Source: a virus
Strand: one strand, 5' to 3'
Virus record (IMG/VR): IMGVR_UViG_3300032313_001394
Coordinates: 32,001 to 96,000 of that record
DNA: 64,000 nucleotides
The position numbers were made by a program, and so were the translations under genes. Shown piece by piece: positions 31,170 through 40,328 of this stretch. A model generated the notes under the pieces. That model was not told the origin of the DNA and did no database searches. It was given only the letters and a program-made list of their open reading frames with translations. The first letter of the stretch is position 1; each line of letters starts with the position of its first letter.

Positions 31170-31179
31170 ATAAATATTA
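31170..31179 (-). promoter_or_regulatory. Class-B promoter overlapping a stop codon
   Basis: TAATATTTAT. Confidence 0.6.
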
Positions 31180-32394
31180 AGCCACGAGATTTTTCTCGTC
31201 TATTATTAATTTTAATTCTTCAACTAATATATCTGGTTCTAAAGTAAATGAAAATTGACTTTTTAATATTTCATTACCATCTTTATTTAAAGCAATTGCA
31301 TATCTACGTTTATTCCCTTTAACTACAAAATTAGGATTTTCTTCTTCTTTAATAAAAAATCTAAATCCTTTATAATCATATCCTTTTAAATAACCTAATC
31401 CAGAACGAGCATCATTTATTAATGCTGATATTTCCGTTGAAGTTAGATTTTCAAAATTAATATCTAAAATATTATTTATTTGTAATAGTCTTGATTCTTG
31501 AAAAATTAAATCTTCTAATAATTTAGAAGTAATTAGATTAGCTGTAGATAATAAAGAAGATGAATCGTTTAATATTTTTTGTAATTTTTGTAAAAGTTGA
31601 ATTGTTGCTCCTGTAATAGCTAAAGGAGGTAAAAAATTTAAAGCATTAATAATAGGATTTAATATTTGAATGATTAATTCTATTATACTTATTATTTTAT
31701 TTACATTTTGTAAAGATTGTTTATTTGTATTAATTAATGTTACTGCTTGATTTCTTAATAATTTTGCAGTTTCAATTTCATTTTTTGTAATAGCAGATGA
31801 AATAATATTATTAACATTATCTACTGTTTCAGTTATTTTAGCATTAGTTACAGAAATAAATTGAAAAAGTATAGATAATATAGTATTAATTGTGTTTACT
31901 ATATCATTAAAACTTTTAGGAATAGGTATTGTTAATTTATTTTTTGTATTATTTTGTATTTCACTAATTTTATCTGCTTTTAATCTAGCTAATCTTTCAG
32001 CTTCTGTTTTTTTTAAACCAAAAAAACCTTGAGTATTATTATTTAATTCTTCATTTAAATCAAAAATTTGTTTATTAATAGTTTCAATTAATTTATTATA
32101 GTAATTTTCTGTATCGAATTTATCTAAAATATAATCTTCTAAAGAATATTCTCCTGTGGTTGATGTATTAAATTTATTATCTAATTTATTTAATTGACCT
32201 ATATATTCTATATCAATAGTTACTAAACTTGCTTTTAAAATTACTATTTCTTCTAATATTTCTTTAGTTCGAGCCGCTTTAGCAACTGCTGATTTAATAT
32301 TACTTATAGTATTATTTACTCCTTGAGCAATTTTTTTAGCTCTATTAGTTACTTTATTAGCACTATTACTTAATATTTGTTTTAAATTAGCCAT
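31177..32394 (-). CDS. Coiled-coil hypothetical virion protein
   Basis: Long helical segments; C-terminal YKGF.F...KRRYAIA. Confidence 0.7.
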   Translation of the reverse strand: MANLKQILSNSANKVTNRAKKIAQGVNNTISNIKSAVAKAARTKEILEEIVILKASLVTIDIEYIGQLNKLDNKFNTSTTGEYSLEDYILDKFDTENYYNKLIETINKQIFDLNEELNNNTQGFFGLKKTEAERLARLKADKISEIQNNTKNKLTIPIPKSFNDIVNTINTILSILFQFISVTNAKITETVDNVNNIISSAITKNEIETAKLLRNQAVTLINTNKQSLQNVNKIISIIELIIQILNPIINALNFLPPLAITGATIQLLQKLQKILNDSSSLLSTANLITSKLLEDLIFQESRLLQINNILDINFENLTSTEISALINDARSGLGYLKGYDYKGFRFFIKEEENPNFVVKGNKRRYAIALNKDGNEILKSQFSFTLEPDILVEELKLIIDEKNLVA

Positions 32395-33644
32395 TATTTA
32401 GATACAAAAGTACTTTCAGATAAAACATTATTTAATTTTTTTCTTAAACTATCTAAAGAAGTTTGAGCAGAAGCAGCAAAAGTAGCAATAGCAGTGGCCG
32501 CGTATTGAGAATCTGATTTTGATAATAAAGTTAAATCAGAAGTAAATTTATTTAGAATTTTTAATAAATCAGATAAAAATAATTGAGTATTAGTACCTAA
32601 TAATATAGGTTGAGGATTATTATTTAAATTATTAGATAATGATTGATTATTAATTTGTCCTAAATAAATTTTAGGAGCATTTAAATAAATTTGTTCTTGA
32701 CCATTTAAATGAATTGTTTTACCTGCTCCTAATTCAATATTAGTAGCACCATATAAAATAATATCATCTTTATTTGAATTTAATGTTATTCTATTAGATG
32801 AAAAAACTAATTGAGATTTATTAGAATAAATATCAGGAGCAATTAAAGTACCAAACTCACCGGGTTTTTTAGTAATTAGAATTTTAGGTGTAAAATTAGT
32901 TAATGTCTGAGTAGATGTTAAGTAAATAGAAGAAGCATCATTATTAATATTTTCTAAATATAAATCTTCTTTTCCTATAGCTTCTTTATCAATTGTGTTA
33001 TAACCATTAACTAACATAGTTATAGGATCTCCTATTTTACCTCCATAACTCCAAAAATCATTAGGTCGTTCAGGATCAAATTTAAAAGTAGAAGAAAAAC
33101 GAATTCCAGATCCCCATCTTGAATTTAAGATAAAATCACCTTCAAAAGGAATTAAATTTTGAATTGTAGATAATTCTTCAATATAATCACCTAATTTAAT
33201 TCGATCAGTATCTTCTACAGTATTATAAATACCTTGCGAATTATTATGAACATTATTATATAAATTAATAGTAGATAAATAATATGTTTGATTTTTTCCC
33301 GCTACAGCTCCTGAATCAAATGAAGGAAGATCAAATAATAAAACTAATTCATCTAAAACAGGAAGATAAATTATATTAGGTAATAATGGAAAAATTAATT
33401 TTAATCCACTATTTATTAAATCTTTTTGGGTAATTTTAGAATCAGTTAAATTTAGATCTAAATTAGGTTTTGATGCATTATCAGCTAATATATATACTTT
33501 ACCAATATCAGAATCATCAGTATATCCGGCTGATCTAGCACTAGTAATAATATGGAATACTCTACCTATATTAGAAGGTAAAGTTTGATTTGAATTATTA
33601 CTAAATGTAGAATAAAACGTACCAAAATTATTTCTTATCTTCAT
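32394..33644 (-). CDS. Putative baseplate hub/spike (gp5/gpV-like)
   Basis: P.LDELV, EGD.ILNSRWG.GIRF, short beta-helix repeats, IYLG..QPILLG. Confidence 0.6.
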   Translation of the reverse strand: MKIRNNFGTFYSTFSNNSNQTLPSNIGRVFHIITSARSAGYTDDSDIGKVYILADNASKPNLDLNLTDSKITQKDLINSGLKLIFPLLPNIIYLPVLDELVLLFDLPSFDSGAVAGKNQTYYLSTINLYNNVHNNSQGIYNTVEDTDRIKLGDYIEELSTIQNLIPFEGDFILNSRWGSGIRFSSTFKFDPERPNDFWSYGGKIGDPITMLVNGYNTIDKEAIGKEDLYLENINNDASSIYLTSTQTLTNFTPKILITKKPGEFGTLIAPDIYSNKSQLVFSSNRITLNSNKDDIILYGATNIELGAGKTIHLNGQEQIYLNAPKIYLGQINNQSLSNNLNNNPQPILLGTNTQLFLSDLLKILNKFTSDLTLLSKSDSQYAATAIATFAASAQTSLDSLRKKLNNVLSESTFVSK

Positions 33645-33996
33645 TTATAGGGATAGATTTAGATACTTCATTATCTATAGATTGAACAGCATTTAATAAT
33701 TGTTCTTTTTCAGATTCACTTAAAACAAAATCATCAGATCCACCTGATGAATTAGCCATAGCCCGTTGAACAATACCTGCTATTTTAATTAATGAATCAT
33801 CATTTTTAACAGATACATCTAAATATTCTTTGATTAAGGGAACAACTATAAGAGCTGATTGAGTATCAACTACCATAGGTTTAAGACTTGAAATTAAGTC
33901 CTTTATTTGTTTTTCTTTTTTAGATGAATTATCGTAGATATTTTTTAAAAGATCTGAAAATGTTTTACCTTCAAATATTTGTGATTCAAAATCCAT
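33628..33996 (-). CDS. Hypothetical protein
   Basis: ORF track; class-B core at 34015-34022. Confidence 0.75.
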   Translation of the reverse strand: MDFESQIFEGKTFSDLLKNIYDNSSKKEKQIKDLISSLKPMVVDTQSALIVVPLIKEYLDVSVKNDDSLIKIAGIVQRAMANSSGGSDDFVLSESEKEQLLNAVQSIDNEVSKSIPINEDKK

Positions 33997-34029
33997 AATA
34001 TTTATATTTTATTAATAAATATACTTTTA

Positions 34030-34785
34030 TTAAAATTCTATATAACCATTTTCGTAATATTCATTATATATATTATAATATACTTTTTTTAATATTTTAA
34101 TTACTTTAGTTATTTGAAAAGTATCAACATCTATCATTTCACGAATATAAATGTATATAGCTTTTTTATTAAAAATTTCTAAATTTTCACGTTTACGAAA
34201 TAATTCTAAAATAACATCTGCTGTACGTTGATCATGAGGGCGTGGAAATAATTTAGTTAAATTTTTATCAACATAAGTAACAAAATAATCTATAAAATCA
34301 GATAAATGATTTTTATCATCATTTGATTCACGAACTAAATCTTCAACAATTATTTTATCTTCATCTGCTTCTTCTAATGTTCCTTTTTCTTTAACTTTTT
34401 TATAATTTTTTTCATTATAAATAATTAAATAACGTTTAGCAATAGTACCAAAATAGGAAAATGCTTTACCTTTAGATTGTTGATATAAATGTAGTTTTTC
34501 AAGTAAAAAAGCAACTACTTCATGTTTTAATTCATTAATAGTATCAACATCAGTATAATAAAACTTAAATGTATGGATAATATTTTCTGCTAATTTATGA
34601 AATGAATAATTTATTCGATCATAAAAAATTTTATTTCTTTCGACTTGATCAGTTGAAGCTAAGTAAGCTAATATAGCATCCTCAGTATCTTGAGTAAAAT
34701 ATATGTTTGCTTTCTTGGGTTTACGCTTGCGGATAGTACCTTTTTTAGTTAAAAGTACTTCCTCCGTAGAGGTCTCTAAATCCAT
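34030..34785 (-). CDS. Phage sigma-like transcription factor (T4 gp55-like)
   Basis: YFT...AI, KLAENI, KAFSYFGTIAKRYLI region-2-like motif. Confidence 0.7.
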   Translation of the reverse strand: MDLETSTEEVLLTKKGTIRKRKPKKANIYFTQDTEDAILAYLASTDQVERNKIFYDRINYSFHKLAENIIHTFKFYYTDVDTINELKHEVVAFLLEKLHLYQQSKGKAFSYFGTIAKRYLIIYNEKNYKKVKEKGTLEEADEDKIIVEDLVRESNDDKNHLSDFIDYFVTYVDKNLTKLFPRPHDQRTADVILELFRKRENLEIFNKKAIYIYIREMIDVDTFQITKVIKILKKVYYNIYNEYYENGYIEF

Positions 34786-34787
34786 AA

Positions 34788-35060
34788 TTATTTTCTTGTT
34801 TTAAAGGAGTTAAGTTGAGATTGAATCTCCTGTAGTGTTTCGAAGAAAAAACCAATTTCATCATCGGTTTTGAAAGCATTGGCAATTTCTGATTCTCCTA
34901 TTTTATTATTTGAAAGTTCAATTAATTCAGAAAGACGATCAACGTAAATATTTTGATCGTCTACTATTTTTTCTAATTTTTCTGTTTTAGATAGTAAATT
35001 ATATATTGTAAAAGATAATATAATTATAATTAATGTTAAAGTAATTAATATATATTCCAT
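34788..35060 (-). CDS. Small membrane-anchored protein
   Basis: N-terminal TM helix, coiled coil, DDEIGFFF. Confidence 0.75.
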   Translation of the reverse strand: MEYILITLTLIIIILSFTIYNLLSKTEKLEKIVDDQNIYVDRLSELIELSNNKIGESEIANAFKTDDEIGFFFETLQEIQSQLNSFKTRK

Positions 35061-35063
35061 AAT

Positions 35064-35819
35064 TTAATTAAAGAATGAAGCCATAGCATTTTTTAAACTA
35101 TCATTTTCAGGAATAGAAGGTTTATCTTCTTTAACAAGTTTAAATGATTTAGGGGCTTCAACCGGTGTATTATTTAATTTATCAATCCATTCACGTTCAA
35201 ATTCAACACGAGCAGCTAATAAATCAGCTTGATGAATAATATATGGTAATGATGTTCTTAATTTAGTTTCTGGAGACCAAGATATTAAATACGATTTATT
35301 TGATTCATCATATAAACCATCATGTAATTTAATAGCTAAGTATTCATTTTTAGACACTGAAATGCCTAATTGGGTTAATAACCATAATCCACGATCAGGG
35401 ACAGTCATATAATCTAACTGAGTATTGAAAGTATAAATTTCACCTCGGTTTTTAACATGCCATTCAGATGGATTGGGTAAAACAGCTTCATTGGTAAAAT
35501 CTCCAAATTTACCTAAATCATGATTTAAAGCAGAAAATACAACTTCTTCAATAGTATGGTTTGATTTAGTTCCAAACGTATTCCATAATTCATTTACTTT
35601 AATAGCAGCATCTACAACACGATTAACATGTTCAACATAACCACCAGGAAAACAATTATGATACTGAGGTTTATGTGAGGCGGGCATTAATATGAAACGT
35701 TCTTCATATTGTAAATAAAAATCTAATAATTGACTCTGACGTGGTTCAGAGATATATGTTCTAATATTGTATAAAAAAATATTCCAATTACTAATTAGTT
35801 GTTCTTCATTTAAATTCAT
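35064..35819 (-). CDS. HD-domain phosphohydrolase
   Basis: GGYVEH, HDLGK, HDG, HQAD; start placed at MNLNEEQ. Confidence 0.85.
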   Translation of the reverse strand: MNLNEEQLISNWNIFLYNIRTYISEPRQSQLLDFYLQYEERFILMPASHKPQYHNCFPGGYVEHVNRVVDAAIKVNELWNTFGTKSNHTIEEVVFSALNHDLGKFGDFTNEAVLPNPSEWHVKNRGEIYTFNTQLDYMTVPDRGLWLLTQLGISVSKNEYLAIKLHDGLYDESNKSYLISWSPETKLRTSLPYIIHQADLLAARVEFEREWIDKLNNTPVEAPKSFKLVKEDKPSIPENDSLKNAMASFFN

Positions 35820-35934
35820 AAAACCTATTTTATAAGATGATAACCGATGGTTAGATAGAATATAGCTTTTAACGTGTAAAAGATAGCTGCTATCCACCAA
35901 TATTTTTTAAGATAATACTTTAATTTAGACCACA

Positions 35935-36129
35935 TTAGTTGCCGTATGTTTCAAAATCATTATGCTCGATTGAAAGTATAGAACGTAAGTCTTCTACTTT
36001 CTCTTTTACTTCAGAAATATATTGTAGTATTTCATTTTGTGGTTGTGAACGTGAAACTAAAAAGTCTAACGTTCTCATCATATTTTCTAATTGAGCAACT
36101 TTATTTAATGCTTGTTCTTTATACCTCAT
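35935..36129 (-). CDS. Hypothetical protein
   Basis: ORF track. Confidence 0.7.
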   Translation of the reverse strand: MRYKEQALNKVAQLENMMRTLDFLVSRSQPQNEILQYISEVKEKVEDLRSILSIEHNDFETYGN

Positions 36130-36151
36130 GATTGTTATAATTTAATACATT

Positions 36152-36246
36152 TATACGTATATACACCGTGTATCACGTGTTAACGCGTCTTTCACGTTCT
36201 CTTATCCGTTTCTATATTCATGTTCAACGTTTTTCTTTTATCCCGT
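36152..36246. other. Non-coding tract with phased CGT and overlapping palindromes
   Basis: CGT at 36156, 36167, 36176, 36186, 36195, 36207, 36228, 36244; TATACGTATA, CACGTG, GTTAAC, ACGCGT. Confidence 0.55.
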
Positions 36247-36281
36247 GGAATGAATATATTAAGGAGAAAAACAACGCCAAA

Positions 36282-36569
36282 TTATTTTGTGGAAGTTTTT
36301 TTCTTTCTTTTAGATTCTTTAATGATTGATTTTAAATCAATTTGACGTAATGGAAATTTAAAATGTTTAGCATTGATTGCTTGATCCAAAATTGAAATTT
36401 CTTGAGGATCATCGGTGATAAACAATGTAAATTCTGTTTTATCGGCACTTGGTGTGTCGATTAAATCATTGGAGGAAATTTCGCGTTCTAGTTTATTTTC
36501 AGAAAACAAAGAATTTAAGCCATTTACAAAAGCTGCTTTATTTTCATCACGAAAAAGATATGTTGCCAT
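36282..36569 (-). CDS. Hypothetical protein (C-terminal DLKSIIKE)
   Basis: ORF track; class-B core at 36594-36601. Confidence 0.75.
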   Translation of the reverse strand: MATYLFRDENKAAFVNGLNSLFSENKLEREISSNDLIDTPSADKTEFTLFITDDPQEISILDQAINAKHFKFPLRQIDLKSIIKESKRKKKTSTK

Positions 36570-36614
36570 AAAATTTTATTTGGTTATACTGTTATAAATA
36601 TATATGTTGGTTAT

Positions 36615-37085
36615 TTACGTGAGATCCTCGTTGTTAATACCCAATACTTCAAAAATCGTGGAACGTGCCACATCATACGAAACCGCAAAACCTTCACGAT
36701 TATCTGTTACTCTGAATTCATTTAATAAACGATGAATTTCTTGTTCTTTTAAATAAGGTTCCTGAGTAAACCAAAAATCACGTACAAACCAAGGTGTAAT
36801 AACACCTGTTGCTTTATTAATTTCATTTAAACGATCGGCAACCGAACGTTCAGTAAATCCAATTTTAAAAACACCTGGTATTGAAGTATTTTGTAGAATA
36901 TAGATATGACCTGTAGAATTAGGGGAATTTTTAGAACCATATTTTTTCTTAAAATACCGCACTTTCCATGCATTATGTCCATCATCGACAAAATCGTAAC
37001 CTTTAGCTGATCGTACGTTATCTCGCACTTGTTGGTCGTTCATCTCGTAAAATTCGGACGTGTCCTTACCTGTTAAATTTTTCAT
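36615..37085 (-). CDS. T5orf172/MUG113 GIY-YIG domain protein
   Basis: GHIYIL...FKIGFT..RL.E..ATGV..P...E..IH..L...NREGF. Confidence 0.85.
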   Translation of the reverse strand: MKNLTGKDTSEFYEMNDQQVRDNVRSAKGYDFVDDGHNAWKVRYFKKKYGSKNSPNSTGHIYILQNTSIPGVFKIGFTERSVADRLNEINKATGVITPWFVRDFWFTQEPYLKEQEIHRLLNEFRVTDNREGFAVSYDVARSTIFEVLGINNEDLT

Positions 37086-37129
37086 ATTAATTTTTTCATA
37101 ACATGTAAATATGGTAAGGAAATTTTAGG

Positions 37130-37400
37130 TAGGCAAGCGTATATACAAGGGGTTTACCAAGAATTTTTAAAGAGGTTAAAATTTGATATCTTGGATTTTA
37201 GATGCAAAAGGGTTATTTCGAAAACGTATATACGGGGGTTGGGTGTAAAGATCGTATACGTGTTGAGAGTTGGTACGACAGACACACGGATAATCGCACC
37301 ACGTATAGGGAACGCAATTAACGTGGGAGCGGTCCGCGGTCGAATCGATATCGATACGCTATCGTCTGCTTTTTCTTTTCTTTTTTTAATACACGCGATA
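37130..37400. other. G-rich non-coding tract dense in CG palindromes
   Basis: CGTATATACG 37225-34, CGTATACG 37253-60, CCGCGG 37334-39, ATCGATATCGAT 37344-55, then a T tract. Confidence 0.6.
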
Positions 37401-37405
37401 TTTTT

Positions 37406-37633
37406 TTAATATATGTATTTGGCGTAAGTCTTTTTAATAAACGGTAAGGCAAAGCGAGGGTGTGATTGGTTTATTAGCTCTTCGCAAGTATAATAAATAA
37501 CATACCCTTCTTGACTAACATATATAGCACTCGTCATATTTACCATTTGATATTCATATACGCGTTTAATAGTTGAAAATTGTAATTCAATATGATTTGA
37601 ACGCTTATTAGGTTTGTCTTTCAGTTTTATCAT
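37406..37633 (-). CDS. Hypothetical protein
   Basis: ORF track. Confidence 0.55.
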   Translation of the reverse strand: MIKLKDKPNKRSNHIELQFSTIKRVYEYQMVNMTSAIYVSQEGYVIYYTCEELINQSHPRFALPFIKKTYAKYIY

Positions 37634-37681
37634 CTGGTATTATTATTTAGTGAGTATATTTTTACTTAGGCGGATAAGCAT

Positions 37682-37704
37682 AAAGTGACCTAAACGGTCA
37701 CCTT
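37682..37704 (-). terminator. Hairpin containing the TAG stop of 37690..38058
   Basis: AAGGTGACC-GTTTA-GGTCACTTT. Confidence 0.55.
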
Positions 37705-38058
37705 AGCTTTCTTACTCACTTTAGCCTTGGTAGGCACTTCAATCACCACATTCATTTTTGGGCGACCTAATTTAAATGAACCACTTGCCTTTTTGGCTGC
37801 CAATTCAGCGATTCGTTGTTGGCGTTTTGAGTTCATATTAACTGGACGTCCTTTGCTTAACGACTCACCATTCATAATTTTCTCATAACGTGCTGCCTTA
37901 ATTGCTGCGTTCTTAGAACCTTCAACTACTGGGCGGCCGCGTTTTACTAACCCTGCTGCTCTGCGTTCTGCAACCTCGGCTAAACGTTTCTGACGATTTG
38001 ACTCCATATTAACTGGACGACCTAACTTTGCTGTGTTGTTTGTTTGTGTGTTTGACAT
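37690..38058 (-). CDS. Basic protein with four GRP (AT-hook-like) motifs
   Basis: LGRP, RGRP, KGRP, LGRP; internal duplication GRPVNM.S.RQ.R.AE. Confidence 0.75.
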   Translation of the reverse strand: MSNTQTNNTAKLGRPVNMESNRQKRLAEVAERRAAGLVKRGRPVVEGSKNAAIKAARYEKIMNGESLSKGRPVNMNSKRQQRIAELAAKKASGSFKLGRPKMNVVIEVPTKAKVSKKAKVTV

Positions 38059-38127
38059 AATGTTTGTTTGTTTAAAATTAGTTATTATTTTTTATTATGA
38101 TTAAATATAATTAAGAAATATGGGGCA

Positions 38128-38373
38128 TTATTTATCTAAATTAACTACCCCATATACGGTCACTGCGAACCCAAATACTAAAACGACTGCCCAATCGGTG
38201 TCTTGGTTATATAGGAATCCGTAACATGCAATTGCTGATACTGTTACTCCTAATTTCATGATTAATGAGGCGCCGTTTTTCTTGGTTTTAGCCTGTTTCT
38301 CGGCTGCGATCTTAGCTAAACGATCTTTGTCATCAGCCCACTGTTCGAATTGTCTTGATTGTTTTATCAACAT
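38128..38373 (-). CDS. Small two-TM membrane protein
   Basis: Two C-terminal hydrophobic helices; own promoter at 38410. Confidence 0.75.
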   Translation of the reverse strand: MLIKQSRQFEQWADDKDRLAKIAAEKQAKTKKNGASLIMKLGVTVSAIACYGFLYNQDTDWAVVLVFGFAVTVYGVVNLDK

Positions 38374-38437
38374 GTCTTTTTATTTAGTTAGTTAATTATT
38401 TATTACGTATTAAATATAATTTAGAAATTACGAGCAC

Positions 38438-38647
38438 CTATCTTATTATAATAGGCGCTAATTTTTTAGCTCGTGGTTTTCTAATTTTATTTACTTCGTA
38501 ATATTTAACACCACCAATTGTGATGTAGTTATCAAAACGTTCTTGACAATAGTCAAATCGAACATAATTGCGACCATTTAATCTACGTACTGGGACGTGA
38601 CTTGGAATGTTGTTGTTTGTGTGAGTGCGTCTAATTGTTGCTGACAT
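38438..38647 (-). CDS. Basic hypothetical protein
   Basis: ORF track; own promoter at 38682. Confidence 0.75.
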   Translation of the reverse strand: MSATIRRTHTNNNIPSHVPVRRLNGRNYVRFDYCQERFDNYITIGGVKYYEVNKIRKPRAKKLAPIIIR

Positions 38648-38703
38648 ATTATTATTTATTTAGTTAATTATTTATTACAAGTTAAATATAACTGGGAAAT
38701 AGG

Positions 38704-38877
38704 TTAATCCCTATCCACCCATTCTGCTATATATTTTACTTCCTCAGGTGTTAGATTATCTACCATTTCATCTAACTTATCAGCCTTAGCGATAGTTGTG
38801 TAACCGATCTGATCAATGTCTGAATTGATGTCCCACTGTAATTTTTTGAATTCGATGCACTTTTGAATGTTAAGCAT
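38704..38877 (-). CDS. 57 aa hypothetical protein (not in ORF track)
   Basis: MLNIQKCIEFKKLQWDINSDID...EWVDRD; own promoter at 38901. Confidence 0.7.
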   Translation of the reverse strand: MLNIQKCIEFKKLQWDINSDIDQIGYTTIAKADKLDEMVDNLTPEEVKYIAEWVDRD

Positions 38878-38936
38878 ATTGTTTATTTATTTGTTACAAG
38901 TTAAATATAATTTGGAAAGTAGTTTAATCAAATGAG

Positions 38937-38965
38937 AAAGACCCTGCTCATCGAGCGGGGCCTTT
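38937..38965 (-). terminator. Hairpin downstream of the tRNA-like RNA
   Basis: AAAGGCCCCGCTC-GAT-GAGCAGGGTCTTT with one mismatch. Confidence 0.55.
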
Positions 38966-38996
38966 GCTTGTAATAATTAACTAATAAACAATATAG

Positions 38997-39094
38997 TGGT
39001 CAGGACAGGATTCGAACCTGTATAACCTTTCATCGTAACTACTTGGCTCATTCCAGCACCAACACTGCACGTCTACCAATTCCGTCACCTGACT
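38997..39094 (-). tRNA. tRNA-like RNA (Leu-type D arm) with no canonical anticodon arm; isotype undetermined
   Basis: Acceptor AGTCAGG/CCTGACC, D arm ACG-GAATTGGTAGA-CGT, T arm ACAGG-TTCGAAT-CCTGT; 98 nt. Confidence 0.65.
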
Positions 39095-39102
39095 ATTTAC
39101 TT

Positions 39103-39264
39103 TTAACTTGCCTTCACAAATCGTCCGTTACGGATATCACGTTTACGAACACGACCCCATTTGTCGGTCACCGTTTCGAAATAACGATTTGAAAGTGCTG
39201 TGTAAGCGAAATATCCACTTACACCTAATAATGCGGCTGAGCCTAAAATTTGAAATAATTGCAT
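39103..39264 (-). CDS. 53 aa membrane-anchored protein with basic RD..NGRF tail (not in ORF track)
   Basis: MQLFQILGSAALLGVSGYFAY...RKRDIRNGRFVKAS; promoter at 39287. Confidence 0.7.
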   Translation of the reverse strand: MQLFQILGSAALLGVSGYFAYTALSNRYFETVTDKWGRVRKRDIRNGRFVKAS

Positions 39265-39313
39265 ATATTTGTTTTAATTGTTACACTTAAATATAATCGG
39301 GAAATTTGAGGGC

Positions 39314-39478
39314 TTATTCTTCCCCCAATTCCACATAATCAAAATCATGGTCATAAGTTTCCTCACTCACTACTTCAAATTCACCTTGGCTCCATAAATC
39401 TTGAGCTTCAGCTAATGTGTTTGCTTTAATTTCAATAACCATTTCTACTGTTGCAGGTACTGTGATTGTAAATTTCAT
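39314..39478 (-). CDS. 54 aa acidic protein, DpnD/PcfM-like pattern (not in ORF track)
   Basis: MKFTITV....VIEIKAKTLAEA; promoter at 39516. Confidence 0.65.
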   Translation of the reverse strand: MKFTITVPATVEMVIEIKANTLAEAQDLWSQGEFEVVSEETYDHDFDYVELGEE

Positions 39479-39538
39479 GTTTGTTTGTTTATAGTTAATT
39501 AATTTTTCTTACAAAATAAATATAATAAAGAAATTATA

Positions 39539-39733
39539 TCATTCAAATTTAACCTCTACATTTAAATCATATAATATGTTAAGGAACTCATCACCCCAGA
39601 ATTCTGTGTCACCGTCTGTCCATCTGTATTTTACAGTTAACATATTCTGTAATGCATACCAGTTATTATCACCTACTAATATTTCAGTAACATTATTTGT
39701 TTTAATGTATTGTTCAATTGTTTGTTCGATCAT
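39539..39733 (-). CDS. Hypothetical protein
   Basis: Start moved to MIEQ, downstream of the promoter at 39763. Confidence 0.7.
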   Translation of the reverse strand: MIEQTIEQYIKTNNVTEILVGDNNWYALQNMLTVKYRWTDGDTEFWGDEFLNILYDLNVEVKFE

Positions 39734-39789
39734 GTGTTTTTTGTTTATGTTAATTATTATAATTAAATATAATAAAGAAAAGGGGGACA

Positions 39790-40257
39790 TTAATTTATAT
39801 CCCACCCACTTTTTAACAATTTATTTAACTTTACTTCATTAATAATCCTGATTAATTTACCTTTACTATTAAATCCAAATATTAATTTCTCATTACCATC
39901 CCTATCAATTAAGGTTGGTACAACCATTATTTTAATACTTCTATTTACTTTATCAATAATAATTTTACCATAACCAAACTTACTATTTTCATTATAGTCT
40001 GGGATGATATCAAAATCATTACATTCACTAAACCATTTATCAAAAAATTTATTATATTCTTTTTCCTCTTCATCATAATCCCAGTCCCAATCCTCTTCAT
40101 TTAAATCCCTACTCATTAAATAACCCTCATCTTTAATTTCATTAATGTCTTCATCATCATAATGATAATAATAACCAACACAATGATTAGTACTACCTAA
40201 ATACCCATCACAAAAATCATACCAACCACTTTCTTCAATTTGTTCATCAATTCTCAT
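39790..40257 (-). CDS. Acidic, aromatic-rich hypothetical protein
   Basis: EEDWDWDYDEEEKEY; promoter at 40287. Confidence 0.75.
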   Translation of the reverse strand: MRIDEQIEESGWYDFCDGYLGSTNHCVGYYYHYDDEDINEIKDEGYLMSRDLNEEDWDWDYDEEEKEYNKFFDKWFSECNDFDIIPDYNENSKFGYGKIIIDKVNRSIKIMVVPTLIDRDGNEKLIFGFNSKGKLIRIINEVKLNKLLKSGWDIN

Positions 40258-40328
40258 ATTATTTATATTTATTAATTAATTTATAATTAAATATAATAAA
40301 GAAATTTTTGAGAAAAAATGGGTGAGGA

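Noticed and set aside
37191-37409. + strand 72 aa ORF in the palindromic tract
   Set aside because: TTG start, opposite to all other genes, no promoter motif; likely a by-product of local GC richness
39044-39062. CT-GGA-AT read as a Ser(GGA) anticodon loop in the tRNA-like RNA
   Set aside because: Flanking bases do not form a 5-bp stem around a 7-nt loop, and the position relative to the D arm is wrong
39516-39523. ATATTTAT core ahead of 39314..39478 as a late promoter
   Set aside because: It is part of a class-A copy and the gene has no leader tag; kept as a caveat that the 8-mer arises easily in AT-rich DNA
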